NCBI GenBank assembly: GCA_016699465.1
Contig: CP064977.1
Coordinates: 333,668 to 397,667, forward strand
Direction of reading: 5' to 3'
Source of the DNA: Candidatus Campbellbacteria bacterium
GTDB lineage: Bacteria; Patescibacteriota; Minisyncoccia; Phycocordibacterales; EsbW-18
Length of the DNA stretch: 64,000 nt
The notes under the pieces are model-generated. The model had not been told where the DNA came from. It ran no database searches and saw only the letters and a list, made by a program, of their open reading frames with translations. Positions 8,988 through 17,282 of this stretch are shown in pieces (the first letter of the stretch is position 1; every line of letters starts with the position of its first letter). Both the position numbers and the translations under genes were made by a program.

Positions 8988-9006
8988 CACGTAACAAGTT
9001 CTCTCT

Positions 9007-9642
9007 TTATTGTGTAGATACTGACGCTACTGGTTCCATTTGAACACCTTTTTCAAGTTGTCGATACACATACGTTAATACAAGGAGCGAAAGTGGAATA
9101 GACACGAGAAGACCAACAAAAGCAGCGAGAATTCCAGCGATATTAACTAAAATAAGAATACATAGAAAACCAAACAATTTCCACTTGTATCCCTTTGTCA
9201 ACCGCCAACTTTCTTTCAATGCTGCAACTGGCTGCATATTTTTATCGAGAATAAGAAACGGAACAAACATAAGTCCAATTTGAAGCATAATCCCAGGAAC
9301 AATAAGAAGTACCAACCCAATGAGAACACTTATTGCCGAGAGAATAACCGCCACAATGTAGTGCCATAAAGTCGTTCCCTTTTCGCCAAACAACATTTCA
9401 AAAGAAATACTGCCTCCAGCGTGCGCTGTCATGGCCATACGAATAAACCCAATGTACAACCACCACAACAATACAGCGGTCGCTAAACCGATAATAAAAT
9501 CGAAAAGACCTTTGTCATTACTAATTTTATCTGAAATAAATGACACAGCACCAATAAACGCTGTTGAACCAACAAATATCCAAACATTAGTAGAAAAAAT
9601 CTTCCACGCCGATCCAAATGCTTCCTTAATTGATAGTTTATT
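9007..9642 (-). CDS. Hypothetical multi-pass membrane protein
   Basis: Five to six hydrophobic helices and no recognisable motif. Start chosen at MNKLSIKEAF. Confidence 0.45.
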   Translation of the reverse strand, partial: NKLSIKEAFGSAWKIFSTNVWIFVGSTAFIGAVSFISDKISNDKGLFDFIIGLATAVLLWWLYIGFIRMAMTAHAGGSISFEMLFGEKGTTLWHYIVAVILSAISVLIGLVLLIVPGIMLQIGLMFVPFLILDKNMQPVAALKESWRLTKGYKWKLFGFLCILILVNIAGILAAFVGLLVSIPLSLLVLTYVYRQLEKGVQMEPVASVSTQ

Positions 9643-9929
9643 CATATGTGGCCAAGAACCTATTAACACTAGTATGTCTATAGTATACCGCCACGGTATT
9701 GAAGATTCAATAAATATACTGAAATTGCGGGTCAGGCTTTTTTATTGTAAAGTAGTGGTGTCTGCTGGTGTAATCAGGCCCAAAAGGCCTCTTGCATCGA
9801 CAGCGTTCGAACCACATAGTTAGGCGCCCCCCCATCTTCTCAGCTTCAAAAGAAAAAGAACAAGCTCTTTTTCTTTCTTGCTTCGAAGACTACGCCCCAA
9901 ACTACGTGTCGTCCTCATTTGTCGGTGTA

Positions 9930-10003
9930 GCTCAGGTAGTTAGAGCGAGGGACTCATAAGCCCTAGGTCGCAGGTGCAAGTCCTGCCACCGACACAGTTC
10001 GTT
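9930..10003 (+). tRNA. tRNA with CAT anticodon (Met elongator or Ile2/lysidine type); 1:72 is paired and 11:24 is C:G
   Basis: Acceptor GTCGGTG/CACCGAC, D-arm GCTC...GAGC, anticodon loop CTCATAA, T-arm GCAGG-TGCAAGT-CCTGC. Confidence 0.75.
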
Positions 10004-10193
10004 GATTTTAGGAGTATTTTTGGTATAGTATGACAGTCTGGGGTTGTAAGCAGCAGCTTACGAGTCCAGCATTCAGGGGAACATAAGCGCTCGAGTTTCC
10101 GTCCTCTCGGTATCAAGCAAAAATGAAAACAGGCTTTCCTTTTTGCCCTCACCTCGATGACTACACTCTCGCGTCTGCATACAACCCTCATTT

Positions 10194-10270
10194 GGAGTCG
10201 TAGCTCAACTGGTTAGAGCGCCTCCCTGTCACGGAGGAGGTTGCGGGTTCGAGTCCCGTCGATTCCGCCA
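10194..10270 (+). tRNA. tRNA-Asp (anticodon GTC), CCA encoded
   Basis: Acceptor GGAGTCG/CGATTCC (one G-U pair), anticodon arm CCTCC-CTGTCAC-GGAGG, T-arm GCGGG-TTCGAGT-CCCGT. Confidence 0.8.
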
Positions 10271-10313
10271 AACACAAAACAAGTCACCCTCGGGTGACTT
10301 GTTTTGTGTTTTA
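10271..10313 (+). terminator. Intrinsic terminator after the tRNA cluster
   Basis: acacaaaacaagtcaccc-tcg-ggtgacttgttttgtgt is a perfect 18-bp stem followed by ttt. Confidence 0.7.
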
Positions 10314-10602
10314 TCGAGGAATTGACACGAGTGAACTGCTTCACTCGTGTCGGGACTCGAAAGCCGGAGCACGGCGGTGCGAGGCGGGGCTGCACAAATT
10401 TTCAGCAGAAAATTATGTGTAGCCGAGTCCTGTATCAATAGAACCTGTGACCGAGCCCTTCATAGAATCGACGGGACTCGAAAATACACAACCACACATT
10501 CACGATACACACGGACGTGCGGTATACTAAAGATGTTATTTAAAAAATATTTATTATTAAGTATATATAATTATGTATCCACACACACGATACACGAAAG
10601 GA

Positions 10603-11349
10603 ATGACGACGGGCGTTGTTGTTCTTGGAATGCTCCTCCTCGCAGGGGTTATCACAGTAGCCATTATTCGAGAAAAACTTGTCGCACAAGACTGGCAACA
10701 AGTTACCATCACTGGAACCGGAAAAGTTCCCTACACACCTGATCAGGCAATAATTACTCTAGGTGTTCATGTTGATAACGCAGCGACCGCACAAGCGGCA
10801 CTTACCAAACTATCTGATGTTACTTCAAAAGTAATTCCTGCTCTTACGGCTCTTGGTATTCCTACAGAAGATATTTCAACCCAAGCATACAATCTTCTTC
10901 CTCAATACTATTATCCAGATGGAAAACCAGGAGCAATTAGTGGTTATTCAGCCGATCAGCAACTTAACGTAAAACTTACACTCAAAAATGGAACATCAGA
11001 TGAGCGCGTTGGAAAAGTAATTGAAACAGCAAACGCGCAAGGTGTAAATCAGGTGATGGGCGTTTCATTTACTGCATCAAATGTTCAAGACCTTCAGCAA
11101 CAAGCCCTTCTCAAAGCTATTCAAGATGCAAAAAGTCGCGCACAAACAACTGCTGAAACTGCAGGTGTAACTCTTAAAAAGGTTGTTTCGTGGTGGGAAA
11201 ACCCAATTAATGTACCTGGACTTACGAATCCACAATACTCAGCCATGGGAGGGGGTATGGGCGGAGGAGATGCAGGCGTCACGCCAACAGTTCCTTCAGG
11301 AACCCAGGAAGTTATCGTGCAAGTCAATCTCAACTACTCAATTAAGTAA
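10603..11349 (+). CDS. SIMPL / DUF541 family periplasmic (26-kDa immunogenic protein-like) protein with an N-terminal membrane anchor
   Basis: ITGTGKVPYTPDQAIITLGV...YNLLPQYYYPDGKPGAISGYSADQQLNVKL...AKSRAQTTAETAGVTLKKVV...QEVIVQVNLNYSI matches the SIMPL/BP26 pattern. The weak RBS aaagga precedes ATG 10603. Confidence 0.7.
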   Translation: MTTGVVVLGMLLLAGVITVAIIREKLVAQDWQQVTITGTGKVPYTPDQAIITLGVHVDNAATAQAALTKLSDVTSKVIPALTALGIPTEDISTQAYNLLPQYYYPDGKPGAISGYSADQQLNVKLTLKNGTSDERVGKVIETANAQGVNQVMGVSFTASNVQDLQQQALLKAIQDAKSRAQTTAETAGVTLKKVVSWWENPINVPGLTNPQYSAMGGGMGGGDAGVTPTVPSGTQEVIVQVNLNYSIK

Positions 11350-11362
11350 GAGCACATCGTAC

Positions 11363-11394
11363 AAAAAAGACACCAGAAATGGTGTCTTTTTATT
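11363..11394 (+). terminator. Intrinsic terminator after the SIMPL gene
   Basis: aaaaaagacacc-agaaa-tggtgtctttttatt. Confidence 0.7.
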
Positions 11395-11540
11395 GTTGCG
11401 GGGGTAGGAATTGGTCACGAATCACTAAGTATTTTGCTCGCTACGCTCCCAAAATCCTAAGTGTTCTCGACCCCATCTCGCCAGCACTCAAACAATTGAG
11501 TGCTGGCTCCGACCTGCAATTCCTACGCCATAAAAACGTA
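11395..11540. repeat. About 145-bp element that begins with a copy of the 3'-terminal 19 nt of the neighbouring CAT-tRNA. It is bounded by a 10-bp inverted repeat (gtaggaattg...caattcctac) and has an internal perfect hairpin
   Basis: gttgcgggggtaggaattg at 11395-11413 equals 11589-11607 (the tRNA T-stem plus acceptor, read on the minus strand). gtaggaattg (11404-11413) pairs with caattcctac (11524-11533). The internal hairpin is ccagcactcaaacaattgagtgctgg (11471-11496). Confidence 0.45.
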
Positions 11541-11583
11541 AGAAGTAAAAATAGCTAGGCACAAAGCCTAGCTATTTTTATTC

Positions 11584-11658
11584 TGGTTGCGGGGGTAGGA
11601 ATTGCACCTACGACCTTCAGGTTATGAGCCTGACGAGCTACTACTGCTCTACCCCGCT
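11584..11658 (-). tRNA. tRNA-Met-like (anticodon CAT) with initiator-like traits (A11:U24 and an unpaired A1/A72), CCA encoded
   Basis: Minus-strand read aGCGGGG-TA-GAGC-AGTAGTA-GCTC-G-TCAGG-CTCATAA-CCTGA-AGGTC-GTAGG-TGCAATT-CCTAC-CCCCGCa-A-CCA. Confidence 0.7.
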
Positions 11659-11722
11659 ATGGCGCAGTATACAGAAAAAGAGCCTACAAATCAAGATTTC
11701 TTGTCCTCAGTGAAAAGTAAAA

Positions 11723-12772
11723 CTATTCTTCCATCTGCGGCTTTTCAATTGAAAGTGTTTCAACTCCTCCAGTTTCTCCCGCGATACGTACAACATCTTT
11801 ATCAATTTTTGCGAGTTCTTTGTGGGCAGTGTTGAAATGATTGACGGTCGTACCGAGTGCAGTTCCCAACTTCATCATGAACACATTGTAGTTGCTGATA
11901 TGGCGACCTAATTCGCCCACTCGTTTTTGAATTTCTTTTGCCTGATCTTCAATTTGTAAACTACGAAGTCCTTGTAACACCGTTTGAAGATACGCGAGGA
12001 ACGATGTTGGCGAAACAATAATCACCTTCTTACTAAACGCATAATCAATCAAATCACGCGTTGACGTCTTCACCGCACCAACTTGATTAATAAGTAGATC
12101 GTAGTACACACCTTCTGATGGAATAAACATGAACGCAAACTCCATGGTGTTTTCTGCTGGACGAACATACTTACTCGTTTCATCAATTCGATTTTTGAGA
12201 TCCTGTTTAAATGTTTTTTCGTACTGCTCACGCTCGGCAGGATCTCGTGCTTCAAGAATACGATTGTAGTTTTCCAACGAAAACTTTGCATCAATCGGCA
12301 CAATTTTATCTTTCACAAACACCACCGCATCGACAATTTCACCGTTGCCAAATGCATACTGCATTTGAAACGTTCGTGGTGGCAACACGTTTTGCAACAC
12401 GCTTTCAAGATAGTACTCGCCCAAGATACCTCGTTGTTTTGGGTTCTTCAAAATATCCTGCAAGTTTTGAAGCTGGTCAGCAAACGACACCACCTGCTTA
12501 TTTGTCTCATCAAGCTTCGTGAGGCCTTCCGTTACCTCTCGCACAATTCGCGTTGATTCAGAGAGCTGAGAGCGCATGGAATCGTGCATCGTTTTTGCAC
12601 TTTCCCCGAGCTTTGCATCAACAGTTCGAGACATTTCATTGAGTTGTTGGAGTATCAGCGAAAGCCCTTTATCTTCCCCCGCAGCCCCTTTTGCACGCAT
12701 CGCGAGCCATACCTGCACGGCAACGGCGATAAGCACAACAACGGTGAGAATAAGCACAAGTGTGTCGGTCAT
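11723..12772 (-). CDS. rmuC: DNA recombination protein RmuC
   Basis: N-terminal TM and coiled coil, then a C-terminal RmuC nuclease-like region (FAFMFIPSEGVYYDLL...VIIVSPTSFLAYLQTV). Start set at MTDTLVLIL (12772); the longer track ORF carries a 92-codon upstream extension. Confidence 0.75.
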   Translation of the reverse strand: MTDTLVLILTVVVLIAVAVQVWLAMRAKGAAGEDKGLSLILQQLNEMSRTVDAKLGESAKTMHDSMRSQLSESTRIVREVTEGLTKLDETNKQVVSFADQLQNLQDILKNPKQRGILGEYYLESVLQNVLPPRTFQMQYAFGNGEIVDAVVFVKDKIVPIDAKFSLENYNRILEARDPAEREQYEKTFKQDLKNRIDETSKYVRPAENTMEFAFMFIPSEGVYYDLLINQVGAVKTSTRDLIDYAFSKKVIIVSPTSFLAYLQTVLQGLRSLQIEDQAKEIQKRVGELGRHISNYNVFMMKLGTALGTTVNHFNTAHKELAKIDKDVVRIAGETGGVETLSIEKPQMEE

Positions 12773-12854
12773 ATGTGCATAGTATACCCCATACTGCCCA
12801 TAAAAAGCACCGTGTGGTATCATACAAACCATACTCGATAACGTTATACTATCT

Positions 12855-13307
12855 ATGTCACTACACTCAACCATCAAGGAAAGCATCAAAGATGCCATGC
12901 GTGCGAAAGACACCGTTCGCCTTTCCGTTTTACGCGGACTTACAACGTCTTTTGTTAATGAGCTCATTATACTGAAGGAAAAACCAGATGGAGAACTCAA
13001 TGATGAAGCTGCTTTGGCGGTTATTGCTCGCGAAGCAAAAAAACACAAGGAATCTATTACTCAGTTCGATGCTGCTGGACGCACCGATTTATCAGAGGGT
13101 GAAAAGGCAGAATTGGCCATTATTGAAACATTTCTCCCTGAACAAATGAGTCGTGAAGAAATTGTAGCTGTCGTGCAAAAGAAAAAAGAGGAGCTCAACG
13201 CCGATGCATCACAAAAAGGAGTCTTCATCGGCGCGGTAATGAAAGAACTTAAAGGAAAGGCCGACGGAAAAATTGTACAAGAAGTGGTGAACGAATTGCT
13301 TGGATAA
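12855..13307 (+). CDS. GatB/YqeY domain protein
   Basis: SIKESIKDAMRAKDTVRLSVLRGLTTSF...LSEGEKAELAIIETFLPEQMSREEI...IGAVMKELKGKADGKIVQEVVNELL is a typical YqeY sequence. Confidence 0.75.
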   Translation: MSLHSTIKESIKDAMRAKDTVRLSVLRGLTTSFVNELIILKEKPDGELNDEAALAVIAREAKKHKESITQFDAAGRTDLSEGEKAELAIIETFLPEQMSREEIVAVVQKKKEELNADASQKGVFIGAVMKELKGKADGKIVQEVVNELLG

Positions 13308-13349
13308 TAAAAGTGGAATAGTGGATATAGAAAATAGCATATGACAAAA

Positions 13350-13381
13350 AGCCGCGCGATACTTCGCGCGGCTTTTTGCTT
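13350..13381. terminator. Bidirectional intrinsic terminator
   Basis: aaaagccgcgcga-tactt-cgcgcggcttttt. Confidence 0.7.
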
Positions 13382-13391
13382 GCTACTATTT

Positions 13392-13634
13392 CTAGCACGC
13401 CTCTCCAGTACTTGTGATGCACGTACTCTCAGGAAGATCCCCCTGTGCATCGTATATCGATTTTTGCATAAAGTAATTTACCGTAAAAAGAATACCAAAA
13501 CTCAACAAAAGAACCATAATAAAACCGAATACGAAGTGAAAGAAATTTTGATTGAAGAGGTTTTTCATACACGAAGAATTATACACTATTTTGGCCAGCA
13601 TATAATTTTTCGTTAGTACCGAAGTAAAAATCAT
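13392..13634 (-). CDS. Small hypothetical single-TM protein in its own terminator-bounded unit
   Basis: 80-aa ORF with one hydrophobic helix (FHFVFGFIMVLLLSFGILFTV). It is flanked by terminators at 13350-13381 and 13669-13700. Confidence 0.3.
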   Translation of the reverse strand: MIFTSVLTKNYMLAKIVYNSSCMKNLFNQNFFHFVFGFIMVLLLSFGILFTVNYFMQKSIYDAQGDLPESTCITSTGEAC

Positions 13635-13668
13635 GACGGGTTATGTGCCGAGCGAGTCTCTCCCCAAT

Positions 13669-13700
13669 ACAAAAACCGCCCCACATGGGCGGTTTTTGTA
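13669..13700. terminator. Intrinsic terminator downstream of the 13747-15687 gene
   Basis: caaaaaccgcccc-acat-ggggcggtttttg. Confidence 0.7.
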
Positions 13701-13746
13701 TAACTACTTTCCTAAACTAATCAGAGATTAATCTAAGAAACAATCA

Positions 13747-15687
13747 TTACATTGCGTTCAAGAACAAAGGATCTGTCTTGAATTCGTCAAGGTTGAATGT
13801 GTAGTAGTTTACAAAGTCACCATCAACAACTCCACCAGCTGCTTCAGCTGTTGTAGCATCTGCCCAGTTGATTGAGCGGATTGATACTACTGAAGAACCG
13901 TCTGTTGGTGTTGTGTCTGCTGTCAAGATAACTGTAAGAGTGAAGCGACGTGTCTGTCCATCCTCAATCCAGAAGCTACCTGCTGAGTCCTTAGTCTCTG
14001 TTCCTTGTGCTGAAAGCACCTTTGAAGAAACTACAGGTTGACCAGCTGATGTTGAAGTTGCAAATACAACTCCTTGACCAGCGGCGTCTGCTGCACCTAC
14101 GTAATCGAGAGTAGATGCATCAATGTACATATCGTCGTCAAACGCTGTTACATCGAAGACAATCTTGTATTCACCTTGGTCGTCCTCACCTGCTGCGTCA
14201 GCAGTAAATGTGCGAACAGCTGTTGGGTTTCCTACAAGTTTAACTGCAATTCCTGAGTCGTATACAACGCTTGCTTCTCCAAGTGCTGTACCAGTAAGGT
14301 CGCCAGAAGTGAGAGCTTCACCAGCTTCGTCTTCTGCGTCGATAAGGTCAACTTCTGTTCCTGACATTTCTGCCTTGATTGTGTCTCCTGCGTCAAGAGC
14401 ATCTGCAAGTGAGAGGAAGTTTGCCTTCACAACAAACACAACTTTATCTCCAGCTGGGAGTGTGTAGTTGAGGTCTGTGAAAGTAATTGTCTCTGTTGCA
14501 CCTGAAGTTGTAGGAACGTTTTCTGAACCAATCTCTTCACCATCTGCGTAGAGAGTAACGTCAGAAATCATGTCGTCAACGTTTCCTGCCCCTGTAGCTG
14601 TGAAGAGAACTGGAATTTCGTTGATAAGGATGTCTGAAGTTCCCTTTGCCTCAAGGTTGAAAGAAAGGAGTTCAACATCTGCAGTATCATCTGTTGCGTC
14701 CACGTTGATAACGTGTGCGTCATTGATTGTTGCGTCTCCAAGAGATGCCTTCAACTCAATGTTTGATGCTGATGCAAATGATTCAAACTGAAGTGTACGT
14801 GCAGCTGTGCTTGGATCCTCTGAGATGAGAGAACCTTGTGCGTCCTCAAAGCGAACCTGGTTGATGTCCAATGTCCATGTTCCAGTTGCCTTAAGGCTGC
14901 TAATACCACTCACTTTAACAACAAGCTTTCCGATTTCACCGGCCTTAATAACTGCACCGTTGTCGAGAGAGATTGTCTTTTGGTAGTTGTTGCTCTTTGT
15001 GAATTCAGATGCATCTACACGTCCGTACTCTTCTCCATCAAGCCAAACAGAAACATCACTTGCGTACTTGTCGAAGTTGTTTGTTGCTGATCCCTTGTCG
15101 AAGTTGAGGCGAACTGCTGTAAGTGCGAGGTCAGAACCATCATCTGCTTCAACCTCAAGACCAAGAACGCTTACATCTTCCTCATTCTCACCAACCTTTT
15201 CGTTGTTGAGAGCTGTTGTAAGAGAGTAATCGTTTACTGATCCTGCACCACCCTGGAGTGATGTACTACCACCTGTCGTTGTTCCGCCAGTTGTAGTTGT
15301 TGGTGCGCATGTTGATGCGAACTTTGCACGAGAAACCGCGCCGAAGTATCCAGCTGCTGGCATAACACCGTTAGCTGTTTGCCATGCTGACACTGCTGTC
15401 TTTGTAAGAGGGCCAAAGAAACCTGTTGCTGTTGCTGAGAACATTCCCTTTGAAGCAAGGTAACTCTGGAGTGCTGTTACATCTGCACCTGAAGATCCCA
15501 AAGTGAGATCACGTGTGAATGCGTAACAACCTGTGCTTGCTGCTGAAGAACCACCCTGTAATTGGGAGATCTGTGCAAGAAGCGCTGTAATTTGTGCCTG
15601 TAGTTCCTCTGCTGTTGCTGCTTGTGCGGTTGAACCGACAAACAAAGCTGCGGCAAGAAGACCAACCAAGCTGATTCTTTTAATCAT
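13747..15687 (-). CDS. Secreted/cell-surface protein: signal peptide, putative peptidoglycan-binding domain, then a long acidic Ser/Thr/Asp/Gly-rich beta-rich region
   Basis: MIKRISLVGLLAAALFVGSTAQA is a signal peptide. GSSGADVTALQSYLASKG...FGPLTKTAVSAWQTANG resembles PG_binding_1. The remainder is low-complexity T/S/D/G/V sequence. Confidence 0.55.
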   Translation of the reverse strand: MIKRISLVGLLAAALFVGSTAQAATAEELQAQITALLAQISQLQGGSSAASTGCYAFTRDLTLGSSGADVTALQSYLASKGMFSATATGFFGPLTKTAVSAWQTANGVMPAAGYFGAVSRAKFASTCAPTTTTGGTTTGGSTSLQGGAGSVNDYSLTTALNNEKVGENEEDVSVLGLEVEADDGSDLALTAVRLNFDKGSATNNFDKYASDVSVWLDGEEYGRVDASEFTKSNNYQKTISLDNGAVIKAGEIGKLVVKVSGISSLKATGTWTLDINQVRFEDAQGSLISEDPSTAARTLQFESFASASNIELKASLGDATINDAHVINVDATDDTADVELLSFNLEAKGTSDILINEIPVLFTATGAGNVDDMISDVTLYADGEEIGSENVPTTSGATETITFTDLNYTLPAGDKVVFVVKANFLSLADALDAGDTIKAEMSGTEVDLIDAEDEAGEALTSGDLTGTALGEASVVYDSGIAVKLVGNPTAVRTFTADAAGEDDQGEYKIVFDVTAFDDDMYIDASTLDYVGAADAAGQGVVFATSTSAGQPVVSSKVLSAQGTETKDSAGSFWIEDGQTRRFTLTVILTADTTPTDGSSVVSIRSINWADATTAEAAGGVVDGDFVNYYTFNLDEFKTDPLFLNAM

Positions 15688-16270
15688 ATGTATTCATTTT
15701 CTCTCGTGAGAGAGTAATTGATAAACTACTAATAAATGCTTATAACGTTTAACTAACTCCTCAACTCATATCGCCCCACATGGACGAATGCGCAAAGGGT
15801 AGTTCACAAGAATTAAGAGTCGTCGCACGACTATGTCTTTTCGTATCGTGTGTTCGTTCTGAAAAAATACTCGTTATTCAGGATATGAAATTGTTAAGGA
15901 ACAGTCCTTCTGAAACACAACTCGTTTCTGCAATACACCATTATATGTTCACATGCCTCTAGTATCAAAGAACTTTGTGGATAACACAAAAATTCTTTGT
16001 CCACTTGTGCGATGCGTACTACCACCTAATGGCCCAATCACTATACCACAAAACACCTTTTTTTACCAAGTGTTTTGATGCATAACAGGTCTACTTCGAG
16101 TATACACCAAAATAGGCCTAAGGTTACATGTTTTTGGGGATAATTTGGCGCATACGAAGAATCCTTACCCCGTCATTGCGGTGCAAGGATTCGAAGCATA
16201 CAAAGGGGTCTCACTTCTATAGACGTTGGAGATACTACTCTTGTTACCAAAAAATCGGGTGCTTCTTGTA

Positions 16271-17035
16271 CTATCCTTTGTGGACAAAATACGTTGTCCA
16301 GCGACGCTCTCCTCGCTTATCCAAAAGTCCTTGAGAAACGAGGTCAATGAGATCTCGTTGGATTGTCTTTTCACTGCAGTTTGGGATGTGTTTTGAAATG
16401 TCCTTTATCATCACATTTCCTTTTTCACGCACAACAGAAAGAATCTTATCTTTTCGCTCTCCTGTTCCAGATTCAGTTTTTGTGCGTGTCTTTTTTTCAA
16501 AGACATTTTGTTTTCGGACAACATGATGTGTCTTTTTTGGTGCTTTATTAAGGACATCAACAGAATGTCCTTTATACACGACGGTTTGGAACTGCTGGGA
16601 AATCCCCTCAGAAAAAAGTGTCCCCAATGCAGAGTTTTGAATGTCAGACATTTTTGTGTACGCATTAAAAGATTCCGAAAGTGCCTTAAGTTCACGAATA
16701 AGAATACTGCCATTCATATCAGAAATAATACCCGCCAATACGCCGACTTCTGTTAAAGACATTACTTCACGTACACATTCAATAACGTCGTCGGATGATA
16801 CGCGTGTCTTTGTATCGTGCATGTTTGAGTATGACGATATAAAAGACATCACATCAAGTACTTTTGACCTGAGCCTGTCCCTGAGAGGGTCATGGGTGTC
16901 CATGAGCCCAGTAACAAGATATACAGCAGTTGCTATCTTTTGCGCGTGAGAAGAAAGTTCGTCATGGACACCATGTTCGGATTGGAAGGGAAGTACGCCC
17001 ACTGAAATGTCCTTTTTATTGTCTTTTTGAAACAT
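16271..17035 (-). CDS. Hypothetical transcriptional regulator with a C-terminal winged-helix HTH
   Basis: The C-terminus ILSVVREKGNVMIKDISKHIPNCSEKTIQRDLIDLVSQGLLDKRGERRWTTY has an HTH / DeoR-like pattern. Confidence 0.4.
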   Translation of the reverse strand: MFQKDNKKDISVGVLPFQSEHGVHDELSSHAQKIATAVYLVTGLMDTHDPLRDRLRSKVLDVMSFISSYSNMHDTKTRVSSDDVIECVREVMSLTEVGVLAGIISDMNGSILIRELKALSESFNAYTKMSDIQNSALGTLFSEGISQQFQTVVYKGHSVDVLNKAPKKTHHVVRKQNVFEKKTRTKTESGTGERKDKILSVVREKGNVMIKDISKHIPNCSEKTIQRDLIDLVSQGLLDKRGERRWTTYFVHKG

Positions 17036-17282
17036 ATGTCTTTTATTTCATGACGTAAGAGACATTCACAATACTACTCCTCGGGATGTAAAAGACAAGA
17101 TGTTAATCATAAAGCACGTAACACGAAACATGTAATAAGGTCTGGCAACGATGCGATATCACCTCCTTTTGTTATTGCGTGGTACACGTTGCGTGTTTTG
17201 TGTTCTAAAGAGTTATCCACAGTCCCCTTTTGTGCATCGCACGCACAAACAACACACCAACAACGTGGTACAATTCGCATAT

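Noticed and set aside
9431-9823. Plus-strand ORF of 130 aa
   Set aside because: It lies antisense to the membrane-protein gene 9007-9642 and has no motifs.
9670-9929. Possible tRNA-like T-loop (ggttcgaa) in the 260-bp gap upstream of the CAT tRNA
   Set aside because: Flanking sequence cannot form a T-stem or acceptor stem on either strand.
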